From sequence record NC_025447.1: DNA of 64,000 nt. One strand, 5' to 3'. Made by a program: the position numbers and the translations under genes. A model generated the notes under the pieces. The model was given only the letters and a program-made list of their open reading frames with translations. It searched no databases and was not told the origin of the DNA. Below, piece after piece: positions 50,257-62,633 of the stretch. Each line of letters opens with the position of its first letter. Positions within the stretch are counted from its first letter, which is position 1.

Positions 50257-52545
50257 ATGAATCTTACTCAATTGTTCAAAAAAAGCGACGAACTGGCAAC
50301 ATCTCTAGGTCATACATTCTTGACTATTGACCACGTAAGTGCCACAGTACTGACTATTGATAGCATCAAGAACGTATTTGAAGATATGAACATTGATGCA
50401 GACAAACTGCACAACCGCCTGATGAACTATCTTAAAAATACAACAGTTCCACATGCACCAAAAAGTGTTAAAGATGAAGACGCGAATCGAACTTCACTTC
50501 TAGTGAATCGCGTTGTACATGAGCTTTCTAAAAAATCAGTCATTGAACAACTAAAAAGTGATGATTTTTCGATTGATGCATATTTTGTTCTATTCGAATG
50601 TCTGTCTTTCCCTAACACAGCACTAGAAGCTGCGTTAAAAGAAGAAGGTGTTAGCTGTACTGAAGCTGCACGTGCATTACAGAAACACGTTGAGTCACTT
50701 GATAAGGGTATCAACTTACAAAGTATTAATGACGAACCGATTGGAGATAAAAAAGTGGCCCAACAGCAGCAATCATCTAAACAAAAAGGTTTGGAAGACT
50801 ATACAACGAATCTAACTGCTCTTGCAAAAGAAGGCAAACTAGATCCTATGATTGGTCGCCAGAAAGAATTGTCTGCATTGATTGAGACTCTTGCTCGCAA
50901 AACCAAAAAGAATGCTATTCTCACTGGTGAAGCTGGTGTAGGTAAAACACAAATCATCGACGGGCTTGCACAAGCTATTGCTGATGGTAACGTACCTGAA
51001 CACCTGAAAGACGTTGAAATTCTTTCACTAAATGTTGGTGCATTGACTGCTGGTACTAAGTATCGTGGTGAATTTGAAGAACGCATCGACAATTTGCTAA
51101 AAGAACTAAAGAAACGTGAAAATACTATTGTTTTCATTGATGAAATTCATATTATGGTTGGGGCTGGTTCCGCAAGTAATGGTTCTATGGACATGAGCAA
51201 TATGCTTAAGCCAGCACTTTCACGTGGTGAGATTCGTGTAATTGGTGCAACAACATATGATGAATATCGTAAAAATATCGAGAAAGATAGTGCATTAACT
51301 CGTCGTTTTATGAAAATTGACGTAGTTGAGCCGACAATTGATGAAACTCGTGCAATTGTTAATGGTTTGAAACCAACGTATGAAAAATTCCATAATGTTG
51401 AGTTCACATCTGATGCAATGGATGCTGTAATTTCTCTCAGTGATAAATTCCTGAAGAATAAGCACTTCCCAGATAAAGCAATTGATCTAATGGATGCTGC
51501 TGCGGCTAAAGTTCGTTCACGTGACAACAATAGTAAGCTAATTACTGCCAATTTGATTCAAGAAGTTGTTGCTGGTATTGCCAATTTGGATATCAACGTG
51601 GTTGCATGTACTGAAAGTGATCGTATGCGTAATCTACCAGATGCACTACGCTCACGTGTATACGGTCAAGAGGAAGCTATTCAAAAATTAGTTGATAACG
51701 TGATGGTAGCTCGTGCAGGACTGCGTGACAAATCTAGTGTTCAGGGTGCATTTATGTTTGTTGGACCATCTGGTACTGGTAAAACAGAAATTACCAAAGC
51801 ATTAGCAGACGCAACTGGTGCGGAACTCATTCGCTTTGATATGTCAGAATTTTCTCAAGAACATACTGTTTCTAAACTAATTGGTTCACCTCCAGGTTAT
51901 GTTGGTCATGATTCTGGTAACGGTTTACTGTTGGATAAAATTGAGCAGTTCCCTAATGCAGTACTGTTACTTGATGAAATTGAAAAAGCAGATCGTAAAG
52001 TACTACTAACCTTCCTACAGGTTTTGGATGAAGGTCGTCTGACTGGTTCTCAAGGTAAAACTGTATATTTTAATAACGTAACTGTTATTATGACTACAAA
52101 CCTTGGTGCGGCTGATTCAACAAAGCGTAGCATTGGTATGAGCGGTAGTGACACTGCACAGGACAAGGCAATTAAAGCATTCTTGCCACCAGAGTTTATT
52201 AACCGTATTGATAGTATCGTTACGTTTAAAGACCTAAGCAGTGAAGCTATTGACAGCATCATTGATAAGTTCATGGGTGGTTTGAATGAACAAGTCAAAG
52301 ACCGTAATGTTAAAGTTACATTAACAAAAGCTGCACGTGAATGGCTTGCGAAAAATGGGGTAAAAGTTGGTATGGGTGCACGTCCAATGAAACGTACCAT
52401 TGAACAAAACATTCGTGTGCCACTAGCTAAAGAAATGTTGTGTGGTTCACTTGTGAATGGTGGTAACATTACATTTGATGTTATTGATGGTAAAATCGGT
52501 ATTAAGCCGAAACGTACCAAAGCTGTAGATAAAGCACTAGTATAA
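50257..52545 (+). CDS. clpA: ClpA-like Hsp100 ATPase
   Basis: [62 protein letters not shown]; no ClpB middle domain. Confidence 0.92.
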   Translation: MNLTQLFKKSDELATSLGHTFLTIDHVSATVLTIDSIKNVFEDMNIDADKLHNRLMNYLKNTTVPHAPKSVKDEDANRTSLLVNRVVHELSKKSVIEQLKSDDFSIDAYFVLFECLSFPNTALEAALKEEGVSCTEAARALQKHVESLDKGINLQSINDEPIGDKKVAQQQQSSKQKGLEDYTTNLTALAKEGKLDPMIGRQKELSALIETLARKTKKNAILTGEAGVGKTQIIDGLAQAIADGNVPEHLKDVEILSLNVGALTAGTKYRGEFEERIDNLLKELKKRENTIVFIDEIHIMVGAGSASNGSMDMSNMLKPALSRGEIRVIGATTYDEYRKNIEKDSALTRRFMKIDVVEPTIDETRAIVNGLKPTYEKFHNVEFTSDAMDAVISLSDKFLKNKHFPDKAIDLMDAAAAKVRSRDNNSKLITANLIQEVVAGIANLDINVVACTESDRMRNLPDALRSRVYGQEEAIQKLVDNVMVARAGLRDKSSVQGAFMFVGPSGTGKTEITKALADATGAELIRFDMSEFSQEHTVSKLIGSPPGYVGHDSGNGLLLDKIEQFPNAVLLLDEIEKADRKVLLTFLQVLDEGRLTGSQGKTVYFNNVTVIMTTNLGAADSTKRSIGMSGSDTAQDKAIKAFLPPEFINRIDSIVTFKDLSSEAIDSIIDKFMGGLNEQVKDRNVKVTLTKAAREWLAKNGVKVGMGARPMKRTIEQNIRVPLAKEMLCGSLVNGGNITFDVIDGKIGIKPKRTKAVDKALV

Positions 52546-52551
52546 AAAAAG

Positions 52552-52580
52552 AAAAGGAGAGCATAATGCTCTCCTTTTTT
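52552..52580. terminator. bidirectional terminator
   Basis: AAAAGGAGAGCA-taa-TGCTCTCCTTTTTT. Confidence 0.9.
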
Positions 52581-52582
52581 TA

Positions 52583-55500
52583 TTACTTAACTAATAATAT
52601 ATTTTTAATATCATTACCACTAACTTGTAGACTATCAGTGTATACTGAAAGATCTATAGTGTAACTATTTTGTGTGTAACGTTTTAACATATCATAATTA
52701 CCTAAATTAATTCCATTGAAAGAATATGTAGTATTAAGTTTAAAATCATGTTCTGCACTATACATTACACCACGGAGTAAATTATTTGCATTTCTAACTT
52801 CAACTTTTTCATATCCAATCGATATAATATCATTCATGTTTGCGGCTGAACCGGATAAAACATTATTTCTAATACTATAAGGACTTATTGATTTAGGTTG
52901 AGAAACATAGGTTGTATTTTCTTCACTAATGGTTGTGATGTTAGTAACAGTACCACCAACAACACCGATATACATACCGTCAACCATTGGGAATCCATAA
53001 ACCCATATCCCTTCATTATTTCTAAACGGTTGAATAACACTTGAATCATATTCGATAACGTTGATTTCTAAACTATCAGTCATTTTAGTTCTTGCCAATT
53101 CACTAAGAACTCCCGCACCCGTAATTGGTAAGTTATAACCGTTATCGATAGTAATTCCATCAACATCAAATATTTCATTAGAGATTATCCAAACGTCAAC
53201 GTCATCTGGTGTTATTCCGTCATTGTACTTACCACCATTTAAAGTAGTATCGTAGAAAACATCATAATTAATTACATCAATGGTGTAATTTCTATTTTGT
53301 TCATACAATTTAATACCATTCTTGACAAATTCAGGGTCAGCAAATGTTCTAACACGAACAATGTTCAATGCTAGAGGCTGTACTGGCTCATTTTGTTGTG
53401 CAAGAGTGATGTTATCATAACGGAGAACTGCACCAGTACTCTCATCAATCAATTCAATCGTTTCCTTACCTGTATTTCTTACAGTGAATAGGATCGGAGT
53501 TGTATTGTTTTTGATGTTAGATACACGCAAGATTGTTTCCCATGTGTGATTTTGATATCTCACAAAATCTTCACCATCAGGAGTGAAAATCATCACCTTA
53601 TCACCATCAGATAGGTCATTGTCAACTATTTCTGCTTCAGTTAAGCTATTAATAGATCTCACACGATAGAAATATTTTTCATCAAACTTCGATGTTGTTT
53701 TATTAATATCATTTTCAATCTTAGCATATGAAGGAATACTTACAATTGCTTCTGTATGTTTATATGGATTGATAATTGCCATACCTTCAGTTTGATATCT
53801 GCTGTTATCACGTAATTGTACAAGAGATACATTGTCAAACCCATATCCATCAACTGTAAATCTAATTTGACCTACATCACGCCCAGAAGGGTTTATGTCA
53901 GATATATCCACAATATAAGGATCAACTTCATCATCTTTAACTTCCCATTTTATTGAAGAAGTTTGAGATTCCAATGCTAGGTTATCAAATGCATTCATAT
54001 CATTGAAGTACTTAGCTTCAGTAATACTATCAAGTATATATTGATAATCAGAATACATTGGATTATTTTGATCTAGTGGTAAATCATCAAGATTTATTTC
54101 AGCTAGTTCAACCATTTCACCATTTGTGATAAAATAATCTTCCATGAAATCATCAATACTTTGTTCATCAGGTATACTTTGATATACACCGTTAACATTT
54201 AAGTAAACATATTTTCGTGGAATCATTGTAATTGCATAGATATCAATTGGGGTCTTACTAAGAATCTCTTCAGCTTTTTCGTACTTATCAGTAGCGTCTT
54301 TGTCGAATAACCCTCTCATACCTGCTAATACGTGAATAGCATCAGTATAGAAACGGGTATCACCACCTACTTCATCATAACGATAAACATATACACCATA
54401 CTCAACTTCAAGTTTAACTTTTACTTCATAGTCTGATGCGTCAGGATTTTTATCTTTAATTAATGAAATGTATTTTTGATACAATTCACTGCTTATTTCA
54501 AAATATCCATAGTTATAATCATTACTAGAAGAAAAGCCTAATGGAAGTCTAGTACTAGGATTGTCATTATAAGTAAGTCCACTAAATCCACATCCAACTT
54601 CATCGTGAATTTTCTCATCACTTATATCTTTATAAAGTTTCAAACGGTTTGCCAATGTGTTATACTGAACATATTGTCTAAGGTCAGTAAACATATCGTT
54701 ATGCGTTGATTCTTTATAAACACGTTCCAATGTAGCAGTGAATTCATCAGTTGCTTCTAAATCTTCCGCATGGTCTTTATACCACTGGTTAACGCCATAT
54801 GCTGTTCCTAGTGTTACATCCAATTCTGGATAGTAGATTTGCATTTGATAAGCAATAAGAAGATCGAAAGTTTCTTCACTATATTCTGGGAAAGAATATA
54901 TATAACGTTGTAATTCATAGTTACTAACAGCATCCTTTTCATTGGATTGATATTTGTTATTAACACTTACTAATTCATTTATGCTTGCCAAATCTTCATT
55001 TGGTTTACACTGAATATTATCATAATGCATAATAATATCAATTTCTTGGAATCTTCTATTTGGTGTAACGAAATCACTTGGTAGTGAACCTACCTGTTCC
55101 CATTTTTGGGTAATTTCATTAAATTGAGCGTACTCATAATCCCAAATATCTTTTTCAGTTTTGATCCAAGAACCGTCAACGAAAATATATCCATTAGGAT
55201 CTAAATCATTACATAGACCTTTTATTAAATCATCATCAGATGTCTTTTGCTCTATTTGTGAACGAATTTTAGTTCTATAAGGTTTAACTTCTTCAAAATA
55301 TTCAACAATTTGATTAATCAAATTATCGTTTGAATAGTTTTGAACTAATGATTGTTCCAAACCAACAATATAGATATATGATGTTTTAAATACCCAATCC
55401 ACAACACTTTGTTCAACATGTACATATTTGACCATATCAAAAACAATTTCGCTTTGATGTAAATCGAAAGAATTTTTGAGTAAAGCTAGTGCTTTACGAA

Positions 55501-58500
55501 CGTTGATTTCACGATTGCTTAGTGATCCATTATCATTATGAACACTATAATCTGCGTAAAGCATATCATTGAGTTCAACTGTACTGTTTTCACGACCAAT
55601 CGCTTTCCAATAAATTGAATCGCGTGATTGTGATTTAATATACAATGTCCAAATGTTTTCACTATCGGTAACTCTGATAATATCGCCAACTTGGTAGTTT
55701 TTAGTATTAGCATCTTCTAAGCTTGACTCTTGTGTATAAGTCGTGTTACTATCATACCCAACATCATACCAATCAGCATATGACCAGTACTGAGTCATGT
55801 CCAATGAAGTTCCCAGTGATTCAACATAATCAGATTGTTTAATCATTTTATGTTGACCCTCACCTTTGTTCTCTAACGTTATAGTAACAACACTACCCGC
55901 GTTTGCTGGACTATTCATTAACTGAATATATCCATTTTCGTCGAAGTGAATAAAATAAACAGCACTAGAAGTTAATGGATTTGGTAGATATCCACTAGTA
56001 CTTAAAATAACAGCGTCATTTTCTTTAAATTTATCACTTTCAACTGCAATAACTAATTCATTATTGTAAGACAATACACGGAAAGAAACTTCATTCGGAT
56101 TAACTTCAGTGGTTTTAACATTAAACACATCTTCCATAACAACACTATTAGTGGTTATGTTTTGTGACCTATAATAATTATTAGCACTTTCTACAAAGTT
56201 TCTACGAGCTTCTATAACATTTTGGAACCAAGTTTTGTTTGAACCTAAACCGTTATCAACATCTGGATATAATAAATTAATCACAGAACCTGATTCAGTT
56301 GTTTCTTGACCAATTAGTGAGTTCCACATTGAATCCCAAATTAGTGGGTTAAAGTTATAGCTGTCACCTTCTTTACATAGTTGATACTGGTCATGTTTAA
56401 CAACTTCAGTACTATCCATGTAATAAGAAACAGTTAAAATACTGGTATCATCATTCACTTTAAATTGCATATTACTAAGAATAAACGAGTTTTCATTGAT
56501 TGGAGCGAACCAAGGAATGTTTAGCTGTGTTGGATCTTTAATAATACGAGCAATGTCAGTACATGATTTTGTTCTGGTATGTAGTGGTGGTACATAAATT
56601 GTATCACGTACCCAGAAATAGTATTTTGTCACATAACTATCAGTTGAACTATCATATTCCAAAAATGTACTATAATTATCTTCAAGTGCAGTTCCACTTG
56701 GTAGATACATAGTATTATTTTTGTTTTTCTTAGCAACATCTTTACAGTATTTGTCCCAGTTATATGGCTCAACTGGTGAACAAACCCACTCTAACACATC
56801 AATTGTACTATGTGGTAATAAACGACCCCAGTTGTAACGTTTGTATTCATTGGTTGCATCAATATCAACATTACCGTCTGCGTCATAAATTGCACGAGTA
56901 TAATCCAAATAAAATGCAGTGCTAGTGTTCCACCATACTTGACCAACTTTATCAGCACCCCAAGCCTGGATTAACTCTCCATTACTATTATACTGTGCAG
57001 GATCAACTGGTGAAGTATATGTTACGTTTTGCATAGCCGCACCTGGAATAACACCATTAATTGGGTCATAAACGTTTAGATATAGCTCAGTAATGTTAGT
57101 ACGTTCATCATATGTCGTTGGACGATCAAATAAAGTACTTTGTGGTGCTTTAAAACTATATTTCTTGTCAATGTAAGCTTGACGTTCATCAGTACTGGCA
57201 AAACGTGATACATAACGATACAAACGTGGACGTGTATCTGGATCAGTAAATTCAATATCAATAGAAGTGTCAAATGGAACTACCATAACTTTAGGATCAG
57301 AACCAGCAGTATAATATTGACTTTCTACTGTTAAAGTATCTGGCATAAAGTTAGTTTCATCAACAAAATAATAATAATCACCATCTTCAAGTGGTACATT
57401 ATCAGTTAAAGTTACTTTACAAAATTGTTCAGCATACACATCGGTATTTTCAATAGGTGTTATAGAAACCATTTGCACATTAGTATCAACCAATTCAAAA
57501 ATGTTCCACAAACCATTACCGTCTTTAAACATCCACACAGATTCAGGATTTTCACCTTTACCATTAGTATAAGTTATGCGGTCATTATATGCAGTACTGA
57601 AATCTTTTGTTGTGTACGATACTTCATCCAATGTTACTGGACCAATATCTGGAAGTTGGATGTTTTCACTTCTTCCACTACGCATTGGGAATGAGAACTT
57701 ACCATTTGGACGTGTAATCCAACGAGGATCTTTACCCTGCTCACCGAAGTATACAATATGATTACCATTACCATTTGAAGTTGCATTTACATCAAAAGAA
57801 ACCATTTGAGGTTGTTGTTTAAATTGGTCATTGATTAGTTTAAATTGAAGGTTTTTCTTACCATCAATATTACCATATGTACCAATTTTAAATGCCCATT
57901 CTTGTAATGCTTTATATTCATCAGTGTCATATGATTTAGAAACACGAAGTACACGTTCTAAAACTTGGTTAGTACCTTTATCGTGAATGAATCCTTTATA
58001 GAAATCAACACGACTAACATCACTGCTAATCATACGCTGTAGATAATCACGAGATTGATAACCAATCAAATGGTTTGACAACTCTTGTAATTGTACATCA
58101 CTTACTGGAGTTTCACTATCATAATAATGTTGGAAATCCGACACTAATTTTTCAAATGATGGTAGTGTTCCAGCTTCCAAGATAATAAATCCAGGAGCTT
58201 GTAGGCGACCAGTCCATGAACCAGTAATATATCCATACATTTTAATTAGTTCTTGAATAGAACCATATGTTGGCTGATAAATGTAATCACCAAAAATAGT
58301 TTTATCATCAAAAATAACAGCATGTTCATATGAACACAAACTTAAACGAATCAATGCAATGCGTTTATTAGATTCTAAAGTTCTAACAGTGAAGATATTT
58401 CCAATACGAGAAGTTTCAATTTCATATTGGCGAATACCTTGGTTATTATCATCAAGTAATGACCATACACCACCATTATTTTGCGTAATAGATTGTACTG

Positions 58501-61500
58501 AACCAAAGTCTGCCCCAAATTTAGCGTTTGCAGCACTTGGGGTACAAGAAATAAATTCACCAGTTACTAGAGAATTCTGACTCCAGATCACGAAATCTTT
58601 AGCAATAGTGTTCCAATCTTGTTGAGCACCACTATCATTTACATCTTCAAAAATCCAACCATGTTCTTTAAGATATTCACCATATCCACAAATAAAAGTA
58701 TAAACTTCTTGGTAACTATTGAAAACTTTACCATATTCAATTGAAGCTTCAGACTTCCATTCATTATAATGAACAACATTACGGTTTTCCAATTTAAGAG
58801 TTACTTTTCTACCATTTTTTACGGGAAGTTTATATTTAAATTTAGCACCAACTAGATCATATCCATCAATCTGATATGCACTACCATTCCAAGTAATTTT
58901 GATCGCACTCATTTGCTCATCACGGATATTATTAGAACGAACAAGACCAATGGTTTGGTTTTCTTGTGAAATAAGACCGAAAGATTTAGCATTGAATGTT
59001 AGCTGATCTGCTTTAGTAAATCCTCCAATTTTATGACCAACATTTATATAAGAAGAACGAACTACATCCCCATACTTGGTGGTAATATTTTTATTTTGAT
59101 ACATCAAATGGTCACTTACAAACATTTGATAACCAATTGTTCTTGTGCTATTTTCACCATGAACTACTGTATTTTTATCAAAATTAATACGCTTACGTGT
59201 ATCACCATAAAGGAATTGTGAACCATCAGTGAATACTTCTTTTAAGTTATCATTGCGGGTATCCCAGAAATAGTTAGCAAATTGTGCTGGTTTAGCTTTA
59301 TACAAAAGCATCATTTGGTCATATGCAAACAATGTAGTGTTCATGTATGTAAATTCCATGTCACCCATATCACCATATGTCCAAGGTTCTGCTCTATGAT
59401 TTAAAGATCCAGACACTAAACCTAAAATTTCAGGTGCAATATATTCAACCACACAAATATCAATACCAGAAGATGTTTTATTTCCAGTTTTTGTAATTTT
59501 GAATGGCTGTACACCAAATCTTTTATATTTGTCATATTGACCACGACGATCACCAAATAAAATAGTTCCAGTACTGCTATCGCCAATAGTTCCGTCAATA
59601 TCCCAAAGACCACTAGGAACTAAATCACCTTGCTCATTCATAACAAGTGCTTCATATACATATACAACATCACTATCACGTTCACCAACTTGAACAGCCG
59701 TTGGTTCGTATTCTTGGTTCCACCAAGTTGGACGTTGTGTAAAGCCAAACATTTCCCACGGATGGGTAGCTGGGCGATATGTACCATATTGGTCAGTGTA
59801 AATGGCACGCCATGAACCACGTGCAGGAATTTCAGTACTTTGACCATTAACTACATAATAAGTGCCAGTATAGTTCCAAGTTCTCCAATTGTTAGGATCA
59901 TAATCATGTGTACTATTACTGATACCATTAGTTGCGGTGAAGTTAATGTATCCACGTAGTAATAATGTTTGTTTCTCTTCAGCACTATATTCAGTTTTAG
60001 TGAAATATGGTGTAGGGAAAAGGTCATCACTATTCAATACTGGTACGTAATCAACATCTTTGAATTTATTATCAATACTATTAAAAATTCTATTTTCTAA
60101 TTCATATACAACATCATCCATTTTATCAACACCATTGATAACACGGTATGCTTTGGAAATAATACCAGTATGACTGATGTTATAACAGCTTGGTTTACTA
60201 CCAGCAGTGAGGAATGTCGCTTTTTCTGGTACATATGCTTGAAGAATACCTAAGAACTGTGGTGTTGGTGGTATAAATGCACGAATGAATCCAGAAGTAC
60301 TTCCAACATTATCATAATAGAATGGGAATGAACTATCACGTCCCATATTAATAGTAGTTAAAATTGCATCAACAATGTTTGCAGCACTATTTTGTAAAAA
60401 GTCTGATGGATTTTCATCATACATACGAAGCATTTGTGTATTAAATTTATTAATGAATCTAAAATATTCAGATTGCATAAACATAGTTGCTTCAAATAAA
60501 TCAATATCTTCATTTGCAGTATGTGCCATCAATGGAAGCATAGATGCTTCATTTTGGATAATTTTAGTACCTACGCCATTATTAACCAATCCTTTAGCCA
60601 AACGTTCTTCATAGTCATTGAAATCATCAGAAGAACCACGTGTAATGTTCTTTTGAATAATATCCTGAAAATGTAAAGTGTAGTCACCTTGGTTAATGTA
60701 TATAATATTGGAATTGTATGGGTTATTTTGTAAGTTAATTGGAACTTCATATGCACCTAATTCTTTATTAGGAGTTACAGTACTGCTATAAGTTCTAATT
60801 TGAATAACTGAATCTTCATCCAAATCTACAGTGCTATCTAAGGTGATACTTTGAACTTGACCTTTTGATACATTTTTGGTATATTTTGATACATCAACAC
60901 CATCAACAACAACTTCAATTATGTCAGAATCATTATCTAAAACTTTTTGTGCTAATTCGAATGTGTGGTCATATTTTACAATCTGAACACCATCACCAGT
61001 GATTGGATGCCAGTCTAGATAAGTTTCGCGGTCTGCTTTATAGTACTGATAGGTTCTATCAACTTCAATAACATATGCATACATACCATCAACTGGTTCT
61101 TTAAAAACTTCCATATCATAAACAGTACTGAATACACGATACATATCAGTACGTTTGACTTGTGGAGTTTGTTTTACAAATTGTTTAGAGTACTCTTCTG
61201 AACGAACCCAATCGGTTTGAAGATTCATTTCATTATTTTCATCAATAATGTTATAATAGTATAAACCATCAATTTCAACTTCTTTTCCAAGATGGTCATA
61301 GGTATAACGTTGGGATTGTAAAAAGTTTTCATAAATGTAATAATTATAATCACCAAGTTCAATGTTATATCCATATACACTATCAGTTGCATAGTTGTAA
61401 TTTATTTTAAAACCAAACAACTCTGAACCTTTAAAGTTACTGGATGGATATGTAGTACTGTTGTCAAGTTTGATACCATTACGATCATAAAGTTGGAATT

Positions 61501-62554
61501 TAGGGAATATGTTAACACTAGTTTTTGATTGTGCACGAACCCACAAAGAACCATTCCAGTACATAGAACTGTTACCATACTCATTACCTTTGGTGATTAG
61601 AACAACATCACCATCTTGAGGTTCACCACTTGGGCGTGATTCGGTTTCTTCTTCTGGATCTAATGCCAAACCATAAACACGAGTACCATCCTGCATTTTT
61701 TTGACATATACATTATAAATTCTATTATTTTCACCATTGTTACCAATACTGGTGAATAGAATACGCATACCATCTTGTGGAATAATACCATCAATACGGA
61801 TGCCACTATTAATATCTTTTTGTACGATATCTTCAGGTTTGATTATATCTGAGAATAGATCGACAGTTCCACGGAATTTTGTACCGTAGTTAATTAGTTC
61901 AATATTTTTATTATATTCGATAATTGGAGCACGGGCACGAATAAAGCGAGAATCTTGCATTAATTCTTCAGTTAAAATTGAACCATCTTCTAAAGTTTCA
62001 CCTAAAGTATACCAAAAGTTTTGTAGTGACCATGTATTACCATTAAGTGCACCACGTTCCATTACAATGTAATCAGGTGAAGTAATATTATAAGAGTTTT
62101 TAGTATCCCAAAGATATGAGCTAAAATTGTTCATTTTATTTGGGTTAATAGCTGGAGTCCATGCATAAAACTTACCGTTGAACAAACGGCTTTCATTATC
62201 GGTTAGTGCTCCATAATGATTCATGTATCCAACTAGATCATCATAAAATTGAATTGAACGAATTGTCGAATCATCATTTTTTGAGACGTAAGCAGTGGAC
62301 AACTGATAAAGTTGACGTGCTACAGTACTTTCATGTAAGAAGATATTACCAGCAGCGGCAGGAGAACCCATATCACCAATATAGCCGTCAACTAATTCGT
62401 TTTCAGCCGGATTAAACCATTGTTGAATAACATCATCACTGACTTTTTGAATATCTTCTAAGCCTTGCATCCACTCAGGCAATCTTTTAATAAAAAGCTT
62501 CTTCTGTACTGCTTCAGCCATCTGTGTAGGTTGAAACTTAAAATTATTAGTCAT
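52583..62554 (-). CDS. giant baseplate wedge protein (about 3320 aa, gp7-like position)
   Basis: Uninterrupted 10-kb ORF; EWAFKIGTYG, WWNTS..FYLDY, EEVKPYRTKIR motifs typical of large myophage baseplate proteins; ATG 62554 with SD GGAG. Confidence 0.75.
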   Translation of the reverse strand: MTNNFKFQPTQMAEAVQKKLFIKRLPEWMQGLEDIQKVSDDVIQQWFNPAENELVDGYIGDMGSPAAAGNIFLHESTVARQLYQLSTAYVSKNDDSTIRSIQFYDDLVGYMNHYGALTDNESRLFNGKFYAWTPAINPNKMNNFSSYLWDTKNSYNITSPDYIVMERGALNGNTWSLQNFWYTLGETLEDGSILTEELMQDSRFIRARAPIIEYNKNIELINYGTKFRGTVDLFSDIIKPEDIVQKDINSGIRIDGIIPQDGMRILFTSIGNNGENNRIYNVYVKKMQDGTRVYGLALDPEEETESRPSGEPQDGDVVLITKGNEYGNSSMYWNGSLWVRAQSKTSVNIFPKFQLYDRNGIKLDNSTTYPSSNFKGSELFGFKINYNYATDSVYGYNIELGDYNYYIYENFLQSQRYTYDHLGKEVEIDGLYYYNIIDENNEMNLQTDWVRSEEYSKQFVKQTPQVKRTDMYRVFSTVYDMEVFKEPVDGMYAYVIEVDRTYQYYKADRETYLDWHPITGDGVQIVKYDHTFELAQKVLDNDSDIIEVVVDGVDVSKYTKNVSKGQVQSITLDSTVDLDEDSVIQIRTYSSTVTPNKELGAYEVPINLQNNPYNSNIIYINQGDYTLHFQDIIQKNITRGSSDDFNDYEERLAKGLVNNGVGTKIIQNEASMLPLMAHTANEDIDLFEATMFMQSEYFRFINKFNTQMLRMYDENPSDFLQNSAANIVDAILTTINMGRDSSFPFYYDNVGSTSGFIRAFIPPTPQFLGILQAYVPEKATFLTAGSKPSCYNISHTGIISKAYRVINGVDKMDDVVYELENRIFNSIDNKFKDVDYVPVLNSDDLFPTPYFTKTEYSAEEKQTLLLRGYINFTATNGISNSTHDYDPNNWRTWNYTGTYYVVNGQSTEIPARGSWRAIYTDQYGTYRPATHPWEMFGFTQRPTWWNQEYEPTAVQVGERDSDVVYVYEALVMNEQGDLVPSGLWDIDGTIGDSSTGTILFGDRRGQYDKYKRFGVQPFKITKTGNKTSSGIDICVVEYIAPEILGLVSGSLNHRAEPWTYGDMGDMEFTYMNTTLFAYDQMMLLYKAKPAQFANYFWDTRNDNLKEVFTDGSQFLYGDTRKRINFDKNTVVHGENSTRTIGYQMFVSDHLMYQNKNITTKYGDVVRSSYINVGHKIGGFTKADQLTFNAKSFGLISQENQTIGLVRSNNIRDEQMSAIKITWNGSAYQIDGYDLVGAKFKYKLPVKNGRKVTLKLENRNVVHYNEWKSEASIEYGKVFNSYQEVYTFICGYGEYLKEHGWIFEDVNDSGAQQDWNTIAKDFVIWSQNSLVTGEFISCTPSAANAKFGADFGSVQSITQNNGGVWSLLDDNNQGIRQYEIETSRIGNIFTVRTLESNKRIALIRLSLCSYEHAVIFDDKTIFGDYIYQPTYGSIQELIKMYGYITGSWTGRLQAPGFIILEAGTLPSFEKLVSDFQHYYDSETPVSDVQLQELSNHLIGYQSRDYLQRMISSDVSRVDFYKGFIHDKGTNQVLERVLRVSKSYDTDEYKALQEWAFKIGTYGNIDGKKNLQFKLINDQFKQQPQMVSFDVNATSNGNGNHIVYFGEQGKDPRWITRPNGKFSFPMRSGRSENIQLPDIGPVTLDEVSYTTKDFSTAYNDRITYTNGKGENPESVWMFKDGNGLWNIFELVDTNVQMVSITPIENTDVYAEQFCKVTLTDNVPLEDGDYYYFVDETNFMPDTLTVESQYYTAGSDPKVMVVPFDTSIDIEFTDPDTRPRLYRYVSRFASTDERQAYIDKKYSFKAPQSTLFDRPTTYDERTNITELYLNVYDPINGVIPGAAMQNVTYTSPVDPAQYNSNGELIQAWGADKVGQVWWNTSTAFYLDYTRAIYDADGNVDIDATNEYKRYNWGRLLPHSTIDVLEWVCSPVEPYNWDKYCKDVAKKNKNNTMYLPSGTALEDNYSTFLEYDSSTDSYVTKYYFWVRDTIYVPPLHTRTKSCTDIARIIKDPTQLNIPWFAPINENSFILSNMQFKVNDDTSILTVSYYMDSTEVVKHDQYQLCKEGDSYNFNPLIWDSMWNSLIGQETTESGSVINLLYPDVDNGLGSNKTWFQNVIEARRNFVESANNYYRSQNITTNSVVMEDVFNVKTTEVNPNEVSFRVLSYNNELVIAVESDKFKENDAVILSTSGYLPNPLTSSAVYFIHFDENGYIQLMNSPANAGSVVTITLENKGEGQHKMIKQSDYVESLGTSLDMTQYWSYADWYDVGYDSNTTYTQESSLEDANTKNYQVGDIIRVTDSENIWTLYIKSQSRDSIYWKAIGRENSTVELNDMLYADYSVHNDNGSLSNREINVRKALALLKNSFDLHQSEIVFDMVKYVHVEQSVVDWVFKTSYIYIVGLEQSLVQNYSNDNLINQIVEYFEEVKPYRTKIRSQIEQKTSDDDLIKGLCNDLDPNGYIFVDGSWIKTEKDIWDYEYAQFNEITQKWEQVGSLPSDFVTPNRRFQEIDIIMHYDNIQCKPNEDLASINELVSVNNKYQSNEKDAVSNYELQRYIYSFPEYSEETFDLLIAYQMQIYYPELDVTLGTAYGVNQWYKDHAEDLEATDEFTATLERVYKESTHNDMFTDLRQYVQYNTLANRLKLYKDISDEKIHDEVGCGFSGLTYNDNPSTRLPLGFSSSNDYNYGYFEISSELYQKYISLIKDKNPDASDYEVKVKLEVEYGVYVYRYDEVGGDTRFYTDAIHVLAGMRGLFDKDATDKYEKAEEILSKTPIDIYAITMIPRKYVYLNVNGVYQSIPDEQSIDDFMEDYFITNGEMVELAEINLDDLPLDQNNPMYSDYQYILDSITEAKYFNDMNAFDNLALESQTSSIKWEVKDDEVDPYIVDISDINPSGRDVGQIRFTVDGYGFDNVSLVQLRDNSRYQTEGMAIINPYKHTEAIVSIPSYAKIENDINKTTSKFDEKYFYRVRSINSLTEAEIVDNDLSDGDKVMIFTPDGEDFVRYQNHTWETILRVSNIKNNTTPILFTVRNTGKETIELIDESTGAVLRYDNITLAQQNEPVQPLALNIVRVRTFADPEFVKNGIKLYEQNRNYTIDVINYDVFYDTTLNGGKYNDGITPDDVDVWIISNEIFDVDGITIDNGYNLPITGAGVLSELARTKMTDSLEINVIEYDSSVIQPFRNNEGIWVYGFPMVDGMYIGVVGGTVTNITTISEENTTYVSQPKSISPYSIRNNVLSGSAANMNDIISIGYEKVEVRNANNLLRGVMYSAEHDFKLNTTYSFNGINLGNYDMLKRYTQNSYTIDLSVYTDSLQVSGNDIKNILLVK

Positions 62555-62602
62555 TTTTGGACTCCATATAATTCGTTCATTCATTTGATTTATTTATGAT
62601 AT

Positions 62603-62628
62603 AAAAAAGGCGTTCCGAAGAACGCCCG
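62603..62628 (-). terminator. rho-independent terminator
   Basis: Minus strand GGCGTTC-ttcg-GAACGCC-TTTTTT (UUCG loop). Confidence 0.9.
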
Positions 62629-62633
62629 TTATA

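Noticed and set aside
50427-52520. Minus-strand ORFs inside clpA, and similar shadow ORFs inside sheath, MoxR, vWA and baseplate genes
   Set aside because: Fully nested antisense to well-supported genes; no motifs
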